64,000 bases of DNA. Origin: Azolla caroliniana. Lineage: Eukaryota > Plantae > Polypodiophyta. Of this stretch, positions 53,839-64,000 are shown piece after piece. The stretch's first letter is position 1, and each line of letters begins with the position of its first letter. The stretch is taken from assembly GCA_043228905.1 (NCBI GenBank), contig JBHGNT010000021.1, positions 7,068,001 to 7,132,000 on the forward strand. The letters run 5' to 3'. The notes below the pieces were generated by a model that saw only the letters and a list, made by a program, of their open reading frames with translations, had not been told where the DNA came from and did no database searches. Both the position numbers and the translations under genes were made by a program.

Positions 53839-55000
53839 TATTGAATACAGTCATATAATGGACGTATTCACATTACCCCATTGGAAAAACTAAGTTAGGC
53901 TATCCTTGTAAATAGCATAAAAGGCAGTTGCCCTAGTTTGGTTAGTACATAGTTACCAACTTTGTAAGCACTTTGTAAGATAATGTCGTTGTTGCCATTC
54001 TTGAATAATACAAGTTTGTATTGATATATGTCTATTTTGCTTCATCAAGTACATAGTGTGTACTATTTTCCTAGACAAGATCATCATACTATTCTGGAAC
54101 CTAGGTCGACCAACTCCAACATTTGGTATCAGAGCCAGAGGTTAATCCACGACAGGCCGTCATTTGTTCCTAACGATGACATCAAGATTGCTTGATTGTA
54201 AACTCACTGTTTAAGAGAGAAAGAGGCACTTCTCTGTTAAGTTCATGCTCACTTTAGCTAGATCCTGACTTAGGTAGACTAGATACGGTTGTACCTTCCC
54301 TTCGTTGTAGCCACTCCGAGCAAAGCTTCGAATCAACCAACCACCATTGATATGGCTTCCACATCTGGCTCATCAGATATGAGTCTTCGGAAGTTCAACG
54401 ACACGAACTTCAATTTCTGGAAGGGTCAAATGTAGGATTACCTAATTGTGAAGGGTGAGCTTGACCCAATCGAGAATGAGTCTGCTCCAAATGAATACAA
54501 GCTGAATGGGTGGATGAAGCTCAACCGTACAACTCGTGCCACCATTTGGATGCACCTACGTGAATTAGTTTACTATACGATGCAATCATGTTTGACAACA
54601 TAACAACTATGGAAGACGACGTCAGACACATATGAAAAGAAGGTGGCCGCCACAAAGATTTATTTGATTCGACATCTCTACAATCTTCGGATGAAGGAAT
54701 CCGATTTGGTCCCATCATACTTGAACGAATATGGGAGCATTAATTCCCAAATTTCGACCCAAGGGATGACAATTGACAACAAGCTAAGAGCTCTTTTATT
54801 GATGAGCAGTCTTCCTTCTTCATGGGAAACATTCGTCACGACTGTGTGTAACATGCCGGCTACGGCCATCGAGTACTCTGAGATCATGAGCTCGATCTTA
54901 TCTGAAGACGCTCGGAGGAAAACATTCGTACATGATTCAACAAGTGATGCCTACGTAATACAAAGTTCGGGTGACTGGCCAAACAATCGGGAAAGAAGTT
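53839..55000 (+). mobile_element. Truncated copia (LTR + PBS + gag), family of 44090-49609
   Basis: LTR 53839-54121, PBS TGGTATCAGAGCCA 54124-54137, gag ATG 54352 (MASTSGSSDMSLRKF) with stops; homology ends at about 55000. Confidence 0.9.
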
Positions 55001-57018
55001 TGTGGGGTCAACAATTCGGTTCGACCCCTCATTCGTTTAATGGTTTCGGTTTAAATGGTTTGAAAATAACAGTTTAAATGGCTTAACGGTTTGGGTCACA
55101 ATTTTACAAACATTTTCTTTTAACCCATTTTTTAAAGGTCAGTTCTATGAATTTTAGAAAATTTGAAAATAAAATTTGACCTAACTTCTAAAAAACACAT
55201 CTCTTCTTCTTGTTCTACTTCTTCGTCTTCTTCGAAAACAAACTCTCAAGTCTGTTCTCATTCTCGTTCTCATTCTCGTTCTTCTTGTGCAACCCAACCT
55301 GTGAGTCTAAATAGAGGTATTTTCAATAAATTTTCATCTAAATAGTTATATTATCATTTTTCATTTTGAATTCACTTCGTAATGGATATGTCTCTACTTG
55401 CTGTAACTTAAACCATGACACGTGATGTGAATACTGATTCTAAAATTGTGCTCAAACTTTACAATATTCATAAGTATCTGCTACAATTTTCTCATTCTCT
55501 CTGTTTTTGTTAGTCTTTTTATTTCCAAGTTTGTCAATGTGTTTCTAACATTTATCCATATGTTTGAGTTTAGCACCTTTAATTTAACCCATTTTAAAAT
55601 TGAAGTCCTATGAGCGTTCTGTCAGAAATATGTAAGTATGCATGTATGTCTGTATGTGCATATATCCTTAAAATGGTTAGTGTATCCATTATGTTTCCAA
55701 AATTTGGGAATGTCTTTCTCTTATTTAAATTCCATAATGTCACATCATGATCACACAAGTTAGCATAAAATATAGTCACACCAAATGCAATGATAATGGA
55801 AGATAGAATAACCTAAAAAGAAAGCAATAAGATGCACAATCAATCAATCTTCAGTCATCACACCCATACTCTTGCCTCAAAAGGTCAAAACTATTTAAGG
55901 TAAAAACCTCCTTGGGCTAAAACAAATTTGAATTGTAAAAGTTCATCCCTTTCCCAAAATATTTTGAAAGATATTCTGATTTACCTTCTAGATCCGTAAA
56001 GTGTGATCCCTACCTGTAGATACCACGCGCTCTTGCCGCAGACAATCAATCGATAAAACTTCGCTTTGATGATCATAGAGTGTATCTATGTAAGACCCAT
56101 CCTCTACACTCCATAACTTAATTGTCCTATCAAATGAGGCAGACATAAGTTGTTGAGTTCCTTGTCTGAAGATGAGGGATGAAACACAACTCCTCTATGT
56201 CCAGGAAATGCTTGTATGAAAGAAAATCGATTCAATAAAATTTACCTTACTAGGCACATATCATTGGCTCCTGTCTCAATATCCCAATGTACAATCAACC
56301 CACCCTTCGATGCTGAAAAGCCTTTAGAATCATCCTCAGATAAGGAGCTGTAATGACTGGTTGCCTATGCCTCCTTCCCACTTTCTTGCCTTCTGATGGT
56401 GCAGTTGGTTTAACTACTCTGTTGTGACACCAAAATAAATAAATACAAATCCTTAGGAAACATAGCTTGATAATTCTGAAATTGAATTCATGAAAGAAAT
56501 TTACAGAATTGGAAGAATGATTTTCTGTATGTTTTGGCTACAATAATGGCTATAGTAGAATTAGACCTAATCTCCTGGTTTTGGATGACTCCTTAAACAT
56601 TTAGATTTATATAGTTCTTTTGAATCTCCTTCAATATCTTGAGTAATCTATGCCCTTGATTTTATACATATCATCTTATTATACAACTAATTATGACTTC
56701 CTTTGGTCCAATACAATTTTCTAATTCCTCATAGAGCATGGAATCAAGTGTGGACTCCCATTTATTGAACACTATATCATCCCCAAATTCAATGGCCTCA
56801 GCTTCTACAAGTAACACATCTAAAGGAAAATTAAAGAGAAATGAACTTCATGGACAGACCAACACACTATAAATATCATAGATAATTGTGTGCCCCATCG
56901 TTGATGCCGTCATTGCTCTATTACTTGGTCAAATAATACATCCACGGGTACTCTTACAAAACATTTATTAGAAAAACATCACATTACTAGCACATCTCAA
57001 CCACATAGTTCCTCAAGT

Positions 57019-57507
57019 ATGAATACAATGTCTGTGATCCAACATCCTATAGATATGTCTAAACTTCTAATATCTCGTACATTCGAGAAGAAAATTTATA
57101 GCTCTATAACAAAATATATAATCACAGAAATGTTGCCTCATGTGCATGTTGAGTCCTTAGGTTTTAAACAATTCATGCATGATGTCTTACCAAGTTATGG
57201 GCTTAAGTCAACACGTACTTTAAAACGATCAATATGGCAAATGTATGTTGTCATTCGTCAAATCGTTATAAGTTTTTGGTCTAAACTCGATTCATGTTTT
57301 GCAATTACGTTTGATGGGTGGTCAAATAATAACTTGAAAGGATTTTATCCAATAACATTACATTGGGTATGTAGAGAATCTGCTAAGCCAATGTCTATGC
57401 TCATTGATTTCTTCCCTGTATTTGCTAGTGATGGTGTAGGTAAGCGTTGTGGTCAAGCATTATTTATGCGTGTAAAATCCTTCGGTATTTCTTCTCATAA
57501 CATCTGA
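57019..57507 (+). pseudogene. hAT transposase catalytic-domain fragment
   Basis: LPHVHVESLGFKQFM...FAITFDGWSN...ITLHW; frameshift just before the second catalytic Asp. Confidence 0.8.
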
Positions 57508-57617
57508 TAGTGCTAGTGATGACATTATTATGGCCTCGAATTAGTTGGGTAGATTGTTACATGATATTCATGGAAATGATATTTTGCCTTTGTCAAATAT
57601 GTTGAGATGTATGGTTC

Positions 57618-58530
57618 AAGAAAAAGCTAGTGAGAAATGTTTACAATATTTGATAAGATACCCTAACCTAACCGGAGAAACACACACACACACATAGATA
57701 TATACATGATGGCCGTGGTGACGCCGGTGTTGCTTGGCAAGCGCGAAGGGGGGGTCTGCATCCCAGGATCGATCGGGAAGCACTCGCGCGTGTTCGCGCG
57801 ACAGGATCCTCGTGCAAGGCACCTCTTTGCTAGAACCGCCTCCTATCGCCAAATGACCTATCGGGAGCACTCGGGCTAGCCGGCTCGAATGGGTCTTGCA
57901 CGCCAAGGAGTGAAACCTCTTTGCTAGAACCGCCTCCTATCGCCAAATGACCTATCGGGAGCACTCGGGCTAGCCGGCTCGAATGGGTCTTGCACGCCAA
58001 GGAGTGAAACCTGCCACCGAACTTCTGAGCGCACGAGCTCACCACCACGATAGAAACTGACACCCACACATGCACACAAACACACTGGGATGCGGCGTAC
58101 TGAGAACCCGCAGAAGGTGAAGACAGCCCACACGCTGCCTATTGCGACCGAACACACCCAACTACGCATGCACACAAACAAAACCCTAATAGAGATAAAG
58201 TGTTCAAGAACAGAGATAGAGACAAAACCCGAACTTATACACAGAAGTTTATTAACAAAATGGAACCTCGAAAAGAGGAACAAAACCCAAATACAAAGAA
58301 AATGGGAACCCCTTTACAAGGGACGCTCCCTTCCTTTTATAGAACAAGGAGAGGGATGCGTAACAATGTGGGATAAATATGGGATTCTCTGTCCCAACTT
58401 AACTCCTACTCAGCGCCATAGAGGCGCTCCTACCTCCAGTATTTGTACAAGGGTGAGTGCACATGCTCCACCCCGCCGATTCTTCCGATATTCCCCGGTT
58501 TCTCACCATGGCCTGGAATCTTCACGACAA
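57618..58530 (-). mobile_element. Truncated LTR-like element beginning TTGTCGTGAAGAT
   Basis: Same 13-bp terminus as 32531-33519, flanked by CG (58531-58532); CTATAAAAGGAAGGGAG on the minus strand near 58342; 94-bp internal tandem duplication 57821-58012. Confidence 0.7.
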
Positions 58531-58928
58531 CGGTATGTTACTATATTAATGGTTTTTCTCATACATAATAAATTTATTCCTACTTTTTTTTTCTCATACA
58601 TAATGTCATTCATCATCATATGTGTTTTCAGAGTTCCAATACCCAATAACACAATTGAGAGGAATTTGGATATTGATTTGGTTCACAAAGGATTGGAAGA
58701 AAAGTATGTCGTTGATGTTGTGAACTCTATTGATGCAACATGTGCCAGATATCATACAAACCAGGAGGACATTTGGGAAATCTTAGGTGTCAATAAGCCT
58801 TCTCAAGAATCAATGTCTTCTTCACAATTAGAAATGGAACAATTTATGAGATTTCCTCGAGCAAAAACAGATACAGATCCACTTCAATGGTGGTTCAACA
58901 ATAGGTTTGCTTCGCATTTCTTAATTAT

Positions 58929-61813
58929 TGTTGAGAATCAAGCTCAACCTAGTCTAGTGTGTGAACACACCCTTGAGAGTGTGCACTCAAAGGTCAAAAG
59001 TCACCACTCTTATCTACACATTAACTATGTGTCATAGAATCATATTCTATGACACATAACTAATGAGTTTTCACATTCCCCATGACCCATGAGCTTCGGT
59101 AGTTAATGAAGAAAAAGCTAGTGAGAAATGTTTACAATATTTGATAAGATACCAAGAATCATTGTAGTCCATACATTCTCGAATTGTGACCTTTCTTGAT
59201 CCACGGTGTCGCAGAAATCTGCGCATGCATGTCGGATCCGGGCGGGACCAGCGGGGTCATGGACCAGGAGGGGAGGAGTTTCCAGAAACCCGAATCCTCT
59301 AGAGCTTGCCACATTGCCGTCCAGTTCGGTCCCGGAAGGTCTCTGGGTCGGACCTTGCCAGCCGGTTCCGGAAACTCTCCGGACGCGACCGGTAATCGCA
59401 TGGGAAGTGAGAGAGCGTGCCCTCATCCTTGCCGCCCTTCACGTTGGTATGTACAAGGGCCTCAAAAGAGGCGTGGTTCACAACCCGGTTAGTTGTGCCC
59501 ACGCACATGCACACACACATATACACCCTAACCTAACCGAAGAAACACACACACACACATAGATATATACATGATGGCCGTGGTGACGCCGGTGTTGCTT
59601 GGCAAGCGCGAAGGGGGGTCTGCATCCCAGGATCAATCGGGAAGCACTCGCGCGTGTTCGCGCGACGAGATCCTCGTGCAAGGCACCTCTTTGCTAGAGA
59701 GAGTGACTATATAAAGCACTCTCCTCCTACTTTGTAATTAAGTCAATTAATCTCCTTTGTAATATACATCTTCTTGAGTATTCTATTGTCTCTCTGATCT
59801 AGCATGTGTTTCTCTCTCACTCACTCTCTGTCTCTCTCATACACACACACACACACACTCACAACACATATCTCTAGTCTATTCCGCTGCACAAGAATCA
59901 CCATTAATTCTTTACATGGTATCAGAGCGGTTTGGTAGCTCGATCTAGCTCGTCCGCGTGTGTTGTGCTCCACGCCGACGTTCAAGAAGAACCGACTCAT
60001 CGATATCGTAGTGGAGCTACATAGAACGTATTCAAGAGAGAAGAAGAAGAAGAAAATATACATCGAACACCATGAATACTCAAATGGGGAGCGCTCTCCC
60101 TAGCGAGAAGTTGGATCAAAACAATTTCGCATCTTGGGAGTACAAGATGCACCAATACCTTGTCGGCCAAGGCAATTGGGGTTACATCAAGGGAGCACAA
60201 GAAAACCGACCCGACCCGGAAGACACCGACTATGCAACATGGGAGCAAGCGGCGAATTGAGTAATGTATTGATTGGCGACATGTGTTCACGACCACATGC
60301 TCGGTTACATTCGAGAAGCCGAGAAGCCGAAGGAAGCGTGGGAAAATCTACGAAAGATTTTCGCCGCCAACACGACCGCGAGAAAGCTTCAACTCCACCA
60401 AGAGTTGAACAACATCCAACAAAGGGATATGTCCATCACAAGCTATACATTGAAGATCAAGGAGCTTTGTGATGCACTCGGCTCAATAAGCGTCAATGTG
60501 GAGGATGACGAAATGGTGCAAATATGCCTCAGCGGCCTTGCATCACGATTCGGCACGATGCAGACCGCCATACTAGCATGGGAGAATCCACCCTCCTTCA
60601 ATCTTCAATCTATGTTATTGGTCGAAGAGAATCATGTTCGAACAAGGAGCAATGCCTCTAAAGGCCACATGCTCTACACGCATTCGAATGGAGGAAGAGG
60701 ACGCGGCCGAGCAAGAGGCCGAATCAGCCAAGGACGAGGCGAAGGACGAGGTTCGATTTACGACAACAACTCCAAATTTTGGCAACAAGATGAAGCCATT
60801 GAGGAACCTTCAGAAGAAGGGGGAGTTTCCATTGCGGTTCGAGTTGACAAAACTCGATCGAATGCGGAAATTGCGGAAAAATCGGCCATCATGAAGAAGA
60901 AGCGTGACTCGGTTTCCACAAGCCGACAACTCACTAATTACGCCACCAACTCCGATTATGAAGATCATGGCGGAATGTTTGTAATGAGACATAGAGAAAA
61001 TTCTATGTCGGCCTCTACTTCGACTAATGCCTCCAATGTGGAAGATGTATGGTTCGTCGACTCCGGTGCTTCGAACCATATGACGTCCCATCAAGAATGG
61101 TTCAAAGACCTTCGAGAGTTGGATCGACCCGCTTATGTCGAGACCGGAGACGACACCACTCATCTGATTCGGCATGTCGGCAATGTCCCATTCAAGAAAG
61201 AAGGTGAACAAACTTGCATAAAAAATGTCTTACATGTACCCACCATAACGAAGAATTTGGTCTTGGTCGGCCAAATTGTGGAGCAAGGGATGCAAGTTCG
61301 ATTCAACCAAGGAGGTTGCTTCATCGAGAAGGAAGGCCGACTAATTGCTCGTGGTCAAAGGGAAGGCCGAATGTTTATCCTTGAAGCGAACGAGGTAAAA
61401 TCGGCCATGTTTGCAAAGGGCCTCAAACCCGACACTGACATAGAGCTATGGCATAAAAGAATCCGCCATATCAATCTCAACAAACTCAAGGCGATGCAAT
61501 CGAAAGGAGTCATTATCGGGCTCCCAACCTTCAAAGAGAAAGAGATTGAAGGAGTATGTGAAGCATGCCAATTCGGCAAGCAACATCGGCACCCGTTCCC
61601 AAAGAAGAGGAACGTGAGCAAAGGCCTATTGGACGTAGTCCACTTGGATGTGTGGGGACCGGCACAAATGGCTACGTTCGGAGGATGTCAGTACTATGTT
61701 ACCTTCATCAACGACTTCTCTAGATACACATGGATCTTTCCCATGAGGATAAAGAGCAAGGTGTTTCCACACTTCCAGAAATTCAAAAGCGAAGTCGAAA
61801 AGACAACTGGGTG
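58929..61813 (+). mobile_element. Ty1/copia element (family of 28674-35450), 5' part, interrupted
   Basis: LTR 58929-59916 (with a foreign insert at about 59112-59695), PBS TGGTATCAGAGC 59917-59928, gag ATG 60072, PR and IN start; homology stops at 61813. Confidence 0.93.
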
Positions 61814-64000
61814 TTGTCACGGTTTTCCGCGAGTACGTGTAGGATCTTAGGCGGGACCGCGGGGGTCTTGGACTAGGGAGATAGATGGTGGAGTCCTTAA
61901 GCTTTGTGGGCTTCGGTGCGGAATCGGCTTCCAGCTCCAACGAATGTAGGGTTTCAGGGTGGAAGCAGGCTATAGTGTACCAGAAAAGTATTGTTTTTGG
62001 CCACAAAAAATGTCAGTCCTTTCAATACTGTTAGTACTAAATAACTGAGAAAAAAAATCTGAGAAAAAAAATTGATTTTGGGGAGTGGGGTGAGTGTAGT
62101 ACAAGTGTCATTTAAGACAAGGAGTGGGGGGACCACTTGAGGAGATGTTCTTTCCATTTTGGGGGCTATTTTCCCCTCACGTCGTTTTTGGCGCTTCTCC
62201 TCAAACCATCTCCTCTTACTCCTCTTCCTCTATCCCTCTAAGCTCTTCATCTTAGACATCCATGTTAGGTTTCTGGTTTTCGTCCAATGTATAACATTCG
62301 TTAGGGTTTAGGGAGCATATCTCAAACATCCATGTTAGGTTTCTGGTTTTGAGTTGCAGATTTCTTGTTTTGTTAGGGTTTCTGTTTTAGGGTTTGAGTT
62401 GAGGATTAGAGACTATTCTGAGGCCTCTTATAACAGCCAATAGTGACTTCTTTGAGAACGATTTTCTTGCTTCTTCCATCGATTGCAATTTATCTCGTGG
62501 TGATTTGAGACTTTTTCCACCGAGGCAAGGATCCTTCCACCGAATCGAGGCGGCATATCACAAAGATTCAAGGCTCCCTCCACCATTGGAGGTTCCTTCC
62601 ACCAAATCGAGGCGGCATATCACACAGATTCAAGGCTCCCTCCACCATTGGAGGTTCATTCCACCAAATTGAGGCGGCATATCACACAGATTTAACGCTC
62701 CCTCCACCATTGGAGGTTCCTTCCACCAAATCGAGGCAACATATCACACAGATTCAACGCTCCCTCCACCATTGGAGGTTCCTTTCCAGTACTAAATTTC
62801 AGAACTATTTTTTCATTTTCAGTACTAAATTTTTTCATTTTTAGAAATTTGTGAATAAAGAAATGATAATTTTCATCTTTGATCTACAATTCTAATGTCC
62901 GAAACAAATTATTTCTCACTTTGCAGGCCGCATTTAAAAACATTTGATTGTGATTTCTTAGTGTAGTCTATATAACATTAATTACTCTCACAAGACACTT
63001 AATTTTTTTAGATAAATCTAGTGACCAAATGGGGATCCCCAACGAGAGTGAGTTCTCAAGTAACATGTATATCTAAAAGGACCAAGAGACGAGTGGTTCT
63101 TCACATAGTCCGTTATTTGGTTGAAATAACGAAGAGATTTGGTGAAGAGGATCGTAGGGATATTATATGTAGTGTTACACCATCAACGTTTGAATGAAGA
63201 CATGGGGAGAATAAAATTTAGGGACCAATGTGTTTCAGAAGAGATTGTAGAGTCCATGAAGTCATCCCTAGACTTAGTGAAAGGTGTAGAAAGCATAGAC
63301 AAACTTGCTGCAAAGAGGGCAACCTTACACATGGTTGTGAACGGTGTTGTGAAGATTTTCGTCCATAAGCGGAAACCGGGGTGGAAAGGGCAAGTCGGTG
63401 GTGTGCAACATGTGCACACGATTACTAGGAAATGGTGTATAGAAATAAAAGGGGAAATTTCATCCCACATTGTAAGGTCCCTCCCTCCTTGGGCTATAAA
63501 AGGAAGGGAGGGGTCACTTATGAAGGGTTGCCCATTTTTGAGTCGTAAGGGTATACCATTTTGTACTTCGTTTCTAGGGTTAGTTACATTCTTTCCTTCT
63601 TCTTTTTCCCTCTGCTCCTTCTCCTTCTCGAGAACTCGAGCAGCAGCTATGGCAGGAAAGCTATTAGATTAACTCTTCTTCTTCTGTGCGTAGCCGGCTC
63701 GTGGCCGGGGTTGGATCTCTCCCTGTTGTAGGTTGCTTCTGCTCGGCCTCCTGTGCAAGGCCCCGCTCGGCGTGATGAGCCCGAGAGCTCCCTGACGGCG
63801 GCTTGGCAGCAGACTATCGTTGTAGCCTAGCCTACCTCAGTCCGGCTCGGAGTCGGAGTTGTAACTCACTCTTGTTATCATATATATATACAGGGTTGTG
63901 CATATTTGTGTCTCTGTCGGTGTCTGGTGCTTTCCCGTCCTTGTGTTTCCTGTACATAAGAGGTGTGCGTTGTGTCGGTGTTGCGCGTGTGTTCTCTCCC
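61814..64000. mobile_element. Unresolved insertion(s) starting TTGTCACGG, including an LTR-like region from about 63140
   Basis: Abrupt break in copia integrase. CTATAAAAGGAAGGGAG at about 63494 matches the motif in 57618-58530. Internal boundaries are not resolved. Confidence 0.5.
62533..62788. repeat. About 62-bp tandem repeat, 4 copies
   Basis: Unit CCTTCCACCAAATCGAGGCGGCATATCACACAGATTCAAGGCTCCCTCCACCATTGGAGGTT. Confidence 0.9.

Larger units (their letters stand above)
55001..58928 (+). mobile_element. hAT DNA transposon remnant with internal deletion and insertions
   Basis: Subterminal AAYGGTT repeats at 55040-55092; BED-finger remnant (CRHC...KHLLEKH) at about 56900-56985; FAITFDGWS, SDSAS and RCMV(H) motifs; C-terminal dimerisation motif EQFMRFPRAKTDTDPLQWW at 58835-58900. 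Confidence 0.8.

Noticed and set aside
58090-59037. 315-aa ORF
   Set aside because: Chance chimera across an LTR-like element, a probable hAT intron and exon, and a copia LTR.
63139-63672. 177-aa ORF
   Set aside because: Non-ATG start, spans an LTR-like TATA region, no recognisable domain.

Overview
Eukaryotic land-plant genomic DNA, probably from a large-genome non-seed plant such as a fern (inferred from the Tcn1/Tf1-like chromovirus; the species cannot be established from the sequence). It holds one host gene: an intact 9-exon NAD(H) glutamate dehydrogenase (411 aa, minus strand, 17336-20568). The rest is mostly transposons: six Ty1/copia insertions plus one truncated copia copy, LINE and hAT remnants, and a 23.5-kb nest (27194-50667). 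In that nest a chromodomain Ty3/gypsy element hosts two copia elements. One of these hosts a young intact copia (ORF of about 1340 aa), and the other hosts a 1-kb LTR-like insert. The four LTR retroelements of the nest are bounded by readable 5-bp TSDs. The most notable signals are three. (1) The gypsy has no tRNA PBS; instead it shows Tf1-type self-priming complementarity, and its LTR carries a long heat-shock-element array and an antisense tRNA-like A/B-box module. (2) A group of LTR-like inserts has TTGTC...GACAA ends, sits at CG dinucleotides and appears to make a 2-bp duplication. (3) tRNA-like modules recur in unrelated repeats. All alignments and counts were done by eye.
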